Shown here: positions 38,215 through 50,295 of the stretch, one piece after another
How the letters are laid out: every line of letters begins with the position of its first letter
Position numbering within the stretch: the first letter of the stretch is position 1
From: Epiperipatus broadwayi
Taxonomy: Eukaryota; Animalia; Onychophora
Direction: 5' to 3'
DNA: 64,000 nt
Assembly: GCA_028023455.1 (NCBI GenBank)
Contig: JAQFVV010000004.1
Span: forward strand, 26,846,001-26,910,000
Position numbers and translations under genes: made by a program
Notes under the pieces: model-generated
What the model was told of the DNA's origin: nothing
What the model saw: only the letters and a program-made list of their open reading frames with translations
Databases searched by the model: none

Positions 38215-39694
38215 TGTGACAGAATGGGTTCGAACCCAGTCACAAATAAAGTATTTAATTGGTAGTCATATATATATATGTAAAGATATATCTAATGTTT
38301 AATTTTGTTATTATGTGGTGGTGGTTATATAAACATGGGGGGGAGGGACTCTGTCATTTTAAATGATATATATGTGTATGTGATAAATGCGTGTATAAAT
38401 GAATTAAGTAGTGAAAAGAGAGAAACGAGATTTTTTGTTTCATGTTGAAAAACTAAAGTTTTCCGGCAGAACAGAATTTTATTGTTCTGTCATATTAAAA
38501 TAGAAACTACGATACGAGTTATCACACTTCCACGGATCTGGTTTTTCCACCTGGAAGATCGGAAGTGAGGTAAAAAAGAAGCTTCTGGAAACAATAGAGG
38601 GGGCTATAAAAGCGAGCCACCCACAATGCATAGGATCTTTTTCCAGCAGAGCTACAATAGTAAACAACTCAACGAGTGAATATTTAAAACTATATAATGG
38701 CGGATTCAACAGACAGGTCGGGGTAAGAAAAGCCGCATCAGATTCAAGCCCCTGATCCCAACCTACTGTAGCTGCCTCCATAAAACCAGGATGCATCAAA
38801 TAACACATAATTCCAGCGTGGAATCAAACAAACCTCATCAGCCAACAGACCTAGAAAAATCTAAGATCATTACCTTGAATGGCCTAATTACCTGCGGAAC
38901 GGAACTATAGAACAAATAAATAAAAATTGCTTCTGCTACTTCCCAGGAACACAGGTAAAGAACTCTTGTTATTGATCTTTTAAAAATCTTCTTTATAAAA
39001 AGAAATTTTTGTGCTTTTATAATCAGTGAAGGTGACTTGTGAAATAACTTTATAATACTTCTTTAAAGCTTCGTTCCATCACGGATGTAAGAAAGCCACG
39101 AGTGTTTAAAAGTCACATGATACAAACTTTCGTAGTATCGATCTTCGCTACTTAAGATATGTTGTGAGATTTGTGAGAGAATGGCGTATGATTGTGATTT
39201 AAAAATGACAAGAGTACTAAATATTGTTTTTATAATGTTAAATAAAAAATGTATCATGAAAGTAGACTATTGACTCAGTTTGCTTATTTATAAAATCCGT
39301 TTATTTGGTTTAGGATTGTTTTAGATATTTTTAGGTTAAAAAATAAAAATAAAAGTGAACACTTCACCCCATTCATAGCTACTCACGGCTGTGACATCAC
39401 CCGGCCATGAGATTGAGCTAGCTGGTGGCCAAAACGTCTCTCATGTTCTGTAAATAGTATTCTTGTTGGTAATATATCCACTTCGTGTAATACTTATATC
39501 CGTATAAGTTTGGCGCTTGGTGTTCTTGGGATGCCATAAATATGTGTTGGGGATATATTACAGTTGCGAAAATAACCCATAAGTTTAAAGAATAATATTT
39601 TTAGGTCGAATTAATTAATTAAATATTAATACGCCTCATACATATTCGATAGTACATATGTGTCTAGTGAGAGGTAAATATGGGTTTTGTTATA
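38215..39694 (+). repeat. 5' LTR (1480 bp)
   Basis: tgtgacag...ggttttgttata; TATAAA at 38605. Manual count gave 14 differences from the 3' LTR over 360 bp (38461-38820). Confidence 0.97.
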
Positions 39695-39695
39695 A

Positions 39696-39715
39696 TGACG
39701 TCCCAACTAAAGGGC
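39696..39715 (+). promoter_or_regulatory. Degenerate primer-binding site (tRNA-Lys-like)
   Basis: tgacgtcccaactaaagggc, 1 nt after the LTR, resembles tggcgcccaacgtggggc (complement of the tRNA-Lys(CUU) 3' end). Several mismatches. Confidence 0.45.
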
Positions 39716-39999
39716 TTTTGAAGAGAAGTAGAGGGAATGGGGAGAGTTATGAGATATTAGAAATACGTTAACAAGCGATATTTGTTTATAGTATTGAGGG
39801 AAAAGCATTTATAGGTTTTTAAATAGAGAAGTCAAATGCGAATCACGTTAAATAGATTAAAGCGCATTTGTTTTGTATATATATATCGCTCAATTAGTTT
39901 AAATAAATTAAAATACATGCTGTGTTTTCTTTTTAAATCCGTTATCAAAGCGATATTTAGTTGGATCATTACGGGAAAAACGTTTATATATATAAATAG

Positions 40000-40157
40000 A
40001 TGGTTCAAATGTGAATCACTGTAAATAAATCAAAGTACATTTGTTTGGCTGATATATATATCAATCAGATCATTTTAAATGGTTCAAATGTGAATCACTG
40101 TAAATAAATCAAAGTACATTTGTTTGGCTGATATATATATCGATCGGATCATTTTAA
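40000..40157. repeat. 79-bp tandem duplication in the Gypsy leader
   Basis: atggttcaaatgtgaatcactgtaaataaatcaaag... starts at 40000 and 40079; a more diverged related copy lies at about 39833. Confidence 0.95.
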
Positions 40158-40452
40158 ATAAAGGAAGTGAAGTGGGCCAAGAATAGGTAATCCGTGATTA
40201 TTGTTGGTTGGTAGATAAGGTTTTGAGAGTAAAGGGGCGAACAGGAAGGCAGTGCAGGGTGCTGGAATGGGGGAGTGGGTCCCAGATGTCCAACCAGACA
40301 TAAAAAACCCAAAGAAATAAATTAAAATAATATATATAAGGGTGAGAGAGATGGAGAGAGAAGGAAATGAGATGATTAAATACAGATATTCAAAGGGAAA
40401 AGGGGGGAAAAGCCCGGGGAACATTTAAAAAGTTTACTTTTACAGATATGAG

Positions 40453-40976
40453 ATGGGAGAAAGTGATAAAATAATAGTGTCCCACAGCCATTTACAGGAG
40501 CATGCCTGGGATTGGTGGGGGTCACTAATGATGAAGCCAAAGACGTTTGGAGAGTATGAGAGGGCTATAAACAAAATATTCTGGAGTGAGGAACTTCAGG
40601 AACGGATCAAAGCCCATATCATTCAGAAAAGGTTTAAGGAGAAGGGAAAGAGTCACATGTCCAGTTCCTCAGACATCAGGTGGCACACCTGAGGAAATTA
40701 GAGGCATGTAATTTGTCCGAAAGAAACCTTTTAAGGATTGTATGCAGAAATCTGCCAAGTGAAGTAATGATAAACATAGGGAATACATCAAGGAAAAGTG
40801 TAAAGGAGGTTGATAGAGTACTAGGACAATTAGAGATCAGCGAACAGTGGCGAAAGGAAATGAAAGAAGAAAACTGGGACTGGAAGAGGGAAGAGAGATG
40901 CATGGGAAACCTGATATGTTCTGATAAGGAATGCAGTCCTAAATATCGAAATAGAGATTGCTGGGAGGTGGGCTGA
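40453..40976 (+). pseudogene. gag: Gypsy gag remnant
   Basis: Frameshifted ORFs with AWDWWGSL..PKTFGEYERAINKIFWSEELQERIK (retrotransposon gag capsid-like), immediately upstream of the protease. Confidence 0.75.
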
Positions 40977-43900
40977 GGCATTGGTGGATTCTGGCAGCCA
41001 GATCTCTGAGATGTCTGAGGAAGTGTTTACACAAATCATCGGCTGTCAGACTATCATATGGACCCTACCCATTAAACCCATCCAAATCAAAATGGCAAAT
41101 AATAAAATGGCTAGGGTTGAACCCAAGCAGGTATGGATGGATCTTCATATCAATGGAAAACCATTTCCTCACATCTTTCTAATTATAAAAAATCTGATAC
41201 ACGACATATTGATAGGAACAGATTTCTTGAAACAGTATCGATGTGCAATAGATTTTAAAACCAATCGGTTCACGTGTGAAGGGAAGGCCACTGAGTTTAC
41301 CACAGCACAGTTACGTCAATCAATAGGAGTAATCCAGACAGAAGGGAAAGAGAGCGATATTGTAGAGAAAATCCAGGAGATAATTGTGGCAAACAAAGAG
41401 GAGAAGGAGGCGTTCAGGCAGACCTTATATCAGTATCATCAAGTATTTTCAGAAGTACCAGGCATAATACCGGGTTTTGAACAACACATCAAACTGAGGC
41501 AGGACCAGCCTTTGCAATCATGCTCATATCCCATGCCATACCAATATAGGGAGGAGGTAACAAAACAAGTAAACCAGATGATAGAATGGGGAATAATATC
41601 TAAATGTTCATCACCATATTGAAACCCTCTAGTGGTGGTTAAGAAGAAGAGTGGGGCTATTAGATTATGTCTGGATACAAGACAATTGAACTGGGCAACA
41701 ATTCCAGACTGTAACATTCCACCTCCGATACACGAATTATTGGGAGGGTTCAAGGGTAAGCGCGTATTCTCAACATTAGACCTGATGGCCAGTTACTGGC
41801 AGATCCAACTCCTGCCAGAGGACCGGCAATATACAGCTTTTCGGTGTGGAGGATACTCATATCAATTTAACAGAATGCCATTTGGGCACATAAATAGTGG
41901 GGCTGGTTTGTTGAGGTGTCTGGACCAAGTCTTGGCAGATGAGATCAAGAAACGCATAATGATGTACATCGATGATGTATTGATAGCCTCATCCAGTATT
42001 GAGGAGCATCAAAAAGATGTTGAGATGTTTCTTCGGGAATGTCAGAATAAGGGTATCAAAATCAATTTAAAAAAAGTACTATGATGAAAGATGAAGTCAC
42101 ATTCTTGGGTCACTTGGTGGGAGCTCAGGGGATGAAACCCCACCCGGACAAGGTATTGGCCATCAAGGAGTTTCCTAAACCTAAATAGAAAGCAGGTACG
42201 GTCATTCTTGGGTCTTTGTAACTTCTACAACAGATTCCACGAGCGATTGGCTGAACGGACAGAACCTTTGGTTAGATTATTGAGAAAAGATACACCATGG
42301 AAATGGGATCAAGAACAGGAGAGGGCTCTCGAAGACATAAAGGAGGGATTTACTAGACAAGTTATGCTTTCTTTTCCAGATTTTACCAAACCGTTTGTGT
42401 TACAAACAGATAGCAGTGGATATGGTTTGGGGGCTACACTGTCACAAATACAGGAGAGAAATCAAATGGGAGTGTTGTATTTCATCAGCAGATTACTCAA
42501 GGGGCCCGAATTAAATTACTTCACTATAGAAAAAGAAGTGCTGGTGATTATTTAGGCATTTCAGAATTTTCGTCCGTTTTTATTGGGGTCAGAAGTCATC
42601 GTAATGACTGATCATAAGAGCCTCAATTTTATAAATCATAGCTACTTCACCAACAGCCGATTGATGCATTGGAGCTTGTTGTTTCAGGAGTATAATTATA
42701 CTGTTCAATATTGTAAGGGTCCAGAGAATATTGTGGGAGATATTTTGAGCCAGAATCCATCTGGTCACCATCCTGATTATCCAGGTGTGGAGAATCTGTA
42801 TACTGCCAGTATGGATATAGGAAGGAACAAGAGGGTTGAAGAGGACCTGGCTCATTTGGAAGATTGGAAGCATCAAGATGAACAATTAAGGGAGATAAAC
42901 AAATAGGAAAGGGAACAAATGATGAGAGCTAAACAAAGACAGGAAAGGAAACAAGGTACCGGTTTCACAAGAATATTGTACAGTACCGGACACATGACGA
43001 TCCAGAGCAGTGGAAACCAGTTATACCTCCTACATTGCAGAAAGAGGTGACAAGTTATGTCCACCAACTATATGGCCATTATGGTGCTTTAAAAACAGAG
43101 CATTTGGTTCAAAAATGATTTTACTGGCCGAACATCCATGCATCAGTTTTGAACATGTTAAGGGATTGTAAAAGTTGTCAGAGAACCAAACCAGCAAACC
43201 GGAATTATGCAGCTCCCATGCTATCAATAATACCAAATAGACTGCAAGAAATGATAGAATTAGATTTTTATGGCCCTCTGCCAGCATTCAATAAAAAAAA
43301 TATCTTCTCGTCACGTATGATTTATTCTCAAAATACGTGTCAGCATATCCTATTGCGCAGGTGAACGTGAAGAATGCCATCAAAATGCTAGAGGGCAGAC
43401 ATTTTACAGAAACTGGAAAATCCAAGAGCATATTGTCTTACCATGGTACTCCCTTCATGTCCAAGGAATGGCGCAAGTGGATCCAACAACAGGGGATTAG
43501 TCATAATTTTACCTCTATCAGGAACCTGCAATCCAAGCCTTGCGAACGAGTAATGAGGGAGTTGGGGCATTTGTTTCGCATGTGTATGGGCACAAATCAT
43601 AAAGGCTAGGTTAAATGGACTCCTTGAGTGGTGGATTTCATAAACTGGAACATAAATGAATCCAGCAGGCTCGCTCCATTTCGCCTCCAATTTGGACAGC
43701 ACATACCATGTCAGATAAAGACATTTGTGCCAGGGATGGAAGAACCACTGATTGACAAGAAGAGTGACCACATTAGAGCATATCAGACATTACAGCAGGC
43801 AAGCTATCAAAGGGGAAAGAAAGTGAGACATAGGGCACCCATATTTAAAGTAGGGGTTAGAGTTATGGTTAAAACCTCTCACGTCAGAGATTTGGGTAAG

Positions 43901-44038
43901 TTCGTCTGCCACAAATTTTGCAACTTATATGACAGCCCATACACTATCTGCCATAATCAAAAGGATAATGCATTTTGGGTGGACACTGGGCATGGAATCA
44001 AGGGGTCATATAACGCTCGGTCATTAAAGCCTGCATGA
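40972..44038 (+). pseudogene. pol: Gypsy pol (protease, RT, RNase H, integrase), with multiple stops and frameshifts
   Basis: ALVDSGSQ (protease); IRLCLDTRQLN, LDLMASYWQI, RMPFG, YIDDVL (RT); QTDSSGYGLGA, YFTIEKE, TDHKSL (RNase H); CKSCQ, LDFYGPLP, CERVMRELG (integrase). Confidence 0.97.
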
Positions 44039-44134
44039 CCCTTTGCAAACAAAGGGAAAATCAAAGACCAGGTAATACATAAGTGTTGTACAAAAGGAGC
44101 CATTCAAAATATGCAATGGTATTTGAAGGCTTTT

Positions 44135-44145
44135 GGAGGAGGGGG
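44135..44145 (+). promoter_or_regulatory. Polypurine tract
   Basis: ggaggaggggg, 3 nt before the 3' LTR. Confidence 0.9.
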
Positions 44146-44148
44146 TAT

Positions 44149-45636
44149 TGTGACAGAATGGGTTCGAACCCAGTCACAAATAAAGTATTTAATTGGTAGT
44201 CATATATATATGTAAAGATATATCTAATGTTTAATTTTGTTATTACGTGGTGGTGGTGGTTATAAATACATAAACATGGGGGGGAGGGACTCTGTCATTT
44301 TAAATGATATATATGTGTATGTGATAAATGCGTGTATAAATGAATTAAGTAGTGAAAAGAGAGAAACGAGATTTTTTGTTTCATGTTGAAAAACTAAAGT
44401 TTTCCAGCAGAACAGGATTTTATTGTTCTGTCATATTAAAATAGAAACTATGATATGAGTTATCACACTTCTACGGATCTGGTTTTTCCACCTCGAAGAT
44501 CGGAAGTGAGGTAAAAAAAGAAGCTTCTGGAAACAATAGAGGGGGCTATAAAAGCGAGCCACCCACAATGCATAGGATCTTTTTCCAGCAGAGCTACAAT
44601 AGTAAACAACTCAACGAGTGAATATTTAAAACTATATAATGGCAATTTCAACAGACAGGTCGGGGTAAGAAAAGCCGCATCGGATTCAAGCCCCTGATCC
44701 CAACCTACTGTAGCTGCCTCCATAAAACCAGGATGCCTCGAATAACACATAATTCCAGTGTGGAATCAAACAAACCTCATCAGCCAACGGACCTAGAAAA
44801 ATCTAAGATTGCTACCTTGAATGGTCTAATTACCTGCGGAACGGAACTATAGAACAAATAAATAAAAATTACTTCTGCTACTTCCCGGGAAAGCAGGTAA
44901 AGAACTCTTGTTATTGATCTTTTAAAAATTTTTTTTATAAAAAGAAATTTTTGTGTTTTTATATTCAGTGAAAGTGACTTGTGAAATAACTTTATAATAC
45001 TTCTTTAAAGCTTCATTCCATCATGGACGTAAGAAAGCCACGAGTGTTTAAAAGTCACATGATACAAACTTTCGTAGATCGATCTTCGCTACTTAAGATA
45101 TGTTGTGAGATTTGTGAGAGAATGACATATGATTGTGATTTAAAAATGACAAGAGTACTAAATATTGTTTTTATAATGTTAAATAAAAAATGTATCACGA
45201 AAGTAGAGTATTGACTCAGTTTGCTTATTTATAAAATCCATTTATTTGGTTTAGGATTGTTTTAGATATTTTTAGGTTAAAAAATAAAAATAAAAGTGAA
45301 CTCTTTACCCCATTCATAGCTACTCACGGCTGTGACATCACCCGACCATGAGATTGAGCTAGCTGGTGGCCAAAACCTCTCTCACATTCCGTAAATAGTA
45401 TTCTTGTTGGTAATATATCCACTTCGTGTAATACTTATATCCGTATAAGTTTGGCACTTGGTGTCCTTGGGACGACCATAAATATGCATTGGGGATATAT
45501 TACAGTTGCGAGAATAACCCATAAGTTTAAAGAATAATATTTTTAGGTCGAATTAATTAATTAAATATTAATACGCCTCATACATATTCGATAGTACATA
45601 CGTGTCTAGTGAGAGGTAAATACGGGTTTTGTTATA
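44149..45636 (+). repeat. 3' LTR (1488 bp)
   Basis: Direct repeat of 38215-39694, followed by TSD attg. Confidence 0.97.
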
Positions 45637-47619
45637 ATTGTAAATAGAATTTTAAATAAAATTGCAGTAGTTTTTGATAATATGAACAATAATTCATTTA
45701 GGCTTTGTAAACTAAGTTGAAACAATTATGATTTTTTTAAATTAAATATTTTCTTCAGTACCATGGTAATCATCCACTAAGAAAATAGATATTGTTCTTT
45801 ATAAATTTTACAATATATGTCAGTTTAACAATTTTTTAAAAAAAAATTTTTTTATTTGTAGACATATATTTTTAACAAATTCAAAATTTCTAAAAATACA
45901 ATAAAAAATAAAGGTAAATTTGATCATATAAAGTTGGAAATTTAATTCAATTAGCTATTAAGAGTTTACAAAAATAAACAAATAGCTAAAAGATTAATAA
46001 AAAATGTAGTCTCAGCTAAACTATATGGTCACTAGAATCACTGGTTTAGAGAGTAGTATTTTATAAATAGATATTAGATAATTAAATTGAAAAATCTTAA
46101 AACATTTGTAAAATATGGATATAAAATATAGTAAACATAAATTGAAAAAATAAAAGTGAAAACTACAAAAGGTAGTAAACCTATTATTGAGAAATAAAAA
46201 TATTTTAAAAACTTGTTTTTATAAAAGCGATTTTCAGAATATTGTTAAGTGATATATAAAAATAGATAGAAAGAAATTATTAAATTATATTAAGAAAAAA
46301 TTAAATAATAAAGAATAAAATTAAAATGATAGCAAATGAATAGTGATTAGAATGAATCTCACTTAGAGTAATATCTTTTGCAATTCACAATCTAGTTTTT
46401 CATAAAGTTATTTGATTTATAGAATGTTAACTATCAATATTGAAACAGTCAGTTTCATCCATCTGCTTCTTTCATGTATTTTACCCCCATACCTATCTAT
46501 ATGCCAGGTTTAAACTCTCAAGAGTACTCATTTAACCAACCTCAAATAACTATATATGCCAAATCACGTATATATATATATATACTGTACCGGGTCGAAC
46601 CGCTGAAACCACCTACTTATATGTATATATAAGTTTTGGCCGATTTCAAACTCCTTCATAATACATTTATAATATTATAAAGGTTACGTAAACGAACCGG
46701 CACGTTCGAGCAAAATGGGAGATCTTATTAATAGCTTTAACTATCAACAATGGCCCATCTCAGCTGCTAGATTCAAACCCCTACTATCCAAATACTTTAT
46801 TTGTTTCGGGGTAAACCCCGGGGCACCAGCTAGTCTGAAGACTAACATATTCGGGCAGTAGGCTCATAATCCAGCGCTCGAAACAATTCCCTTAACTAGC
46901 CCAGTCTAATTTTAATCAGTAATAAAATATTGGTAAGAAGAGATTGATACAAAGAATTGACCGACAGATAAAGTTTAAATTTAAAGACAATTTATTTTAA
47001 TCAACATTAATTAAGTTTAAAAATTATTTACTAACTAACATAAACGCATTATAAACATTTTATAAATCCAATTTTAACACACGCACATTTTTAAATTAAC
47101 ACAGGATAGTATATTTTATGAAAAAAAACAAAAATAATCTTTGACATTTTAAATTATCTCACATTCGCAAAAATAATAATAAAGCATTTATAGCATTTGA
47201 AACTCACGCACACATATCAATAGTTCATCTTATGTATGATAGAGTTCATATAATTTGAGTCTTGAATATTTACGGATTACAGTGGGAACTACTACGTATA
47301 AATGATAATAATAAAATATATACCTAGGATTTTTTTTCTTGTCGTTGGCTACTTCTGCTGCTTCTGATGAATTATATCTAACCGGTTAGATTTGGATGTT
47401 TCTTGAAGAGATTTTTATGCGAATCCATTTGTTTTATTTTGAAGACAGTTGAATGCTTGATGGAGGATTTCTGTGTTGTTATGCAGACATTATTTCTCAG
47501 GCAGGTTTTGATGATCTTGTTGGACTAAAAAGGCTGGAACACAAGCGTATATTTCCAAAAGCTTTTCAGCACTGCATTTCTGTAAACTGACACTGCAAAA
47601 CTAGACTGAAACTGCAAAC

Positions 47620-47656
47620 TCAAACTGAATGTCCGATAAAATCTAGCTATTTATAT
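47620..47656 (-). promoter_or_regulatory. Putative LTR core promoter (TATA plus initiator)
   Basis: Minus strand reads atataaatagctag...acattcagtttgag, placing TATAAAT about 25-30 nt upstream of TCAGT. The same motif is in the partner LTR (about 52405), with an analogous arrangement at about 60250-60275. Confidence 0.55.
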
Positions 47657-48271
47657 CTGTGAATTGTTTTTGTTTTTATATCCTCCGGGAATAAGTGCAA
47701 TAGGTGTTGTCGAAATTCCTTGATAACTAATCCTATGACAACGTGTTTTTTGATTGATTGTTTGATTAGTAGTAGCTATTTTAAAACGTGTTGTTTTCAT
47801 ATCTTTAATTAGTAGTCCACCACTGTGTTTTTAAATACATTTCATTTCAATATTTATTTATTGTTTAATATTATTCTAACATGCATACTTTTGTTTACAT
47901 TCGCGCACTAATATAATCTATTATAATAAACTGGAATGAAAAGAGATTTTTATATTTTTTTAAACTTTTAATTTATAATAATAATACTCTTTAACTTTTA
48001 TGAAACTCTTAGTTTGTTTTTTTGTTTTTTATAGGAAAACTCCCTCTTCCCTCTTTAAAGTAATTAATTGTAACTTTCAAATTCTTTTTCCGAAAGATTT
48101 TGATAATAATTTTTATACAAAATTATTTTATATACATGTGCCAATTTGGCATTGGCATATTACACCCCCCTCCGTTTTAGAGTAAAATGCGTCATTTTTG
48201 ACCATTTTATCTCTTGCAATTTTAATTGTTGACTATAAAGATTTATTAATTTTTTATTTTAGATAATTCCT

Positions 48272-48905
48272 ACACATGTGTATACGTGCAGCATAATTCT
48301 ACACCTACTAATATTCTAGATATCGAGTTATTACTGGACTTGCTTACAGGGAATCTATAATAAATAAATCCCTTTTTGCACGCATCATAAGGTGCCGCAG
48401 TGCCAAGAAAATAACCTAAAAGGATATCTGGATAAATACATTTAAGATACGCATCATGAGGTATCGTATTTACCGAATATTACCAGTGTATGTGCGCGTA
48501 TATACCCATGCATACTTACACACTCTTAATACACATTAGATTGACTTTATATTTTTATTACTAATCTTATAATATTATTTGTAAATCGTTACGAACATCT
48601 TTATTTAACACATGTGTATACGTGCAGCATAATTCTACACCTACTAATATTCTAGATATCGAGTTATTACTGGACTTGCTTACAGGGAATCTATAATAAA
48701 TAAGTCCCTTTTTGCACTCAATCATAAGGTGCAGCAGTACCAAGAAAATAACCTAAAAGGATATCTGGATAAATACATTTAAGATACGCATCATAAGGTA
48801 TCGTATTTACCAAATATTACCAGTGTATGTGCGCATATATACACATGTATACTTACACACTCTTAATACACATTAGATTGACCTTTATTTTTTTATTAAT
48901 AATCT
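48272..48905. repeat. 336-bp tandem duplication in the 3' internal region
   Basis: acacatgtgtatacgtgcagcataattctacacc starts at 48272 and 48608. Confidence 0.95.
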
Positions 48906-49678
48906 TCCAACCTTATTTTTAAATTTACACGAACAATATTTTACACTATTCGTTTATATTCCAGTATTATTTATTCAACTTTTATTAACTTGCGTATATT
49001 CAAAACTATTTTATTTTAATGTGCGTGTACTCAGAAAAAAAAAAAACTGTTGCGATTCATTGTTATGCAAATATCTATTTGACTAACTTGATTTTATTCT
49101 AGAAATCCTGTTATCTTTTTCATCATTAGGTAATAAATGTAATATTAAGAGAAGCAGGCAGCAAAGTATAAGGCAATTCAACACACAGATAGATTTTGTG
49201 TTGATTTAAATCAACTTTTAATTTCCTGCGGAAGTCGCGACCACAGCATGGGAAACTGTTGTGCACAATGGATCATGTACAGGGACTTTAGGATTGCGAA
49301 TGGCAGGACTATCTCTACTGCACCTTCAACTTACTAAAATATTTATTTTATTTGGTTCTGCTGGGAATTTTTCGTCCAGATTTATTAATTTTTATATGCC
49401 AGGACTTTTCTACTGGCGCATCATTATCAGTATTATTTATTTTTCACACTACTCATCTGTAGAACAAAGTCACCACAAGAAAAAGGTTTAATCCAACAAA
49501 AGTCAGGCCTGGAATCCATCTCCTTGCCCAAATATTCGCACACACCTCAATCCCAATTTAATACACTTTTTTTTTTTTTTTTGGTAATGTTTTATTTTAA
49601 TTAATACTTTCATTATACACGTATTTATTTCATTTTTATTTTTAAAGCGTTATTTTTACTCAAACATTTTCATTTTGT

Positions 49679-49919
49679 TTGTCTATTTTGATTTTACACA
49701 TTTATTTTGTTTGTCACGCTCCGCTATGTTCTAGACTTATGAGCCGGGATATCAATAGAATCAATAAGACATAACCGAGGGTTTTTGACATAATCACTTT
49801 GCTTGTCTAATTTGATTTTACACATTTATTTTATTTGTGTCGCGCTCCGCTATGTTCTAGACTTATGAGCTGGGATATCAATATAATCGATAAGACATAA
49901 TCGAGGGTTTTTGACATAA
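49679..49919. repeat. About 124-bp tandem duplication
   Basis: ttgtcta(t/a)tttgattttacacatttattt...gagggtttttgacataa starts at about 49679 and 49803. Confidence 0.9.
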
Positions 49920-50295
49920 ATCGTTGCTTTGACATTTTAAAAACTCTAAGATTGTTATTTATTTACTAAGACTAACTTTAATTTATCATCATTCATTTAA
50001 TTTTGATTTATTATTTTAATTTTAAATAGAAGTTTCAGATTTAAATTTAATAAATTATTGACGTTAGAATAATCATATTCGAGTTCATTGTCCATTTCTG
50101 GTCCTTTTTTGTTTATTTACTTTACTATTCCACCCGATTACTAACTTTTAAACTATGTCAGGTGGTTCATTCTTTCTTTCTACTAACTCACTAACATAAA
50201 TTATGCTCCATATTCCCACTTCTATCTCTGGATTAAAATCTATTTTATCTCTTTTTCTTTCCATTTTATTTTCTGCCTTGTAAATTAGAAAACTT

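Larger units (their letters stand above)
38215..45636 (+). mobile_element. Full-length Ty3/Gypsy LTR retrotransposon, pseudogenised
   Basis: LTRs at 38215-39694 and 44149-45636, TSD attg (38211-38214 and 45637-45640), gag followed by PR-RT-RH-IN, PPT present, no env recognised. Confidence 0.97.

Noticed and set aside
38226-38237. gggttcgaaccc as evidence of a tRNA gene or SINE
   Set aside because: No A-box or cloverleaf; it is part of the LTR terminal hairpin.
41600-43620. Several TGG-to-TAG/TGA stops in pol, suggesting APOBEC-like G-to-A editing
   Set aside because: Only a few cases, and these transitions are the commonest route to stops under neutral decay; LTR differences include changes in both directions.
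26270-47380. CTGA(A/T)GA motifs (about 26288, 33275, 34812, 36346, 46836, 47365) as hammerhead ribozyme cores
   Set aside because: I could not find a correctly placed GAAA and three-stem junction at any of them; an Infernal scan would settle it.
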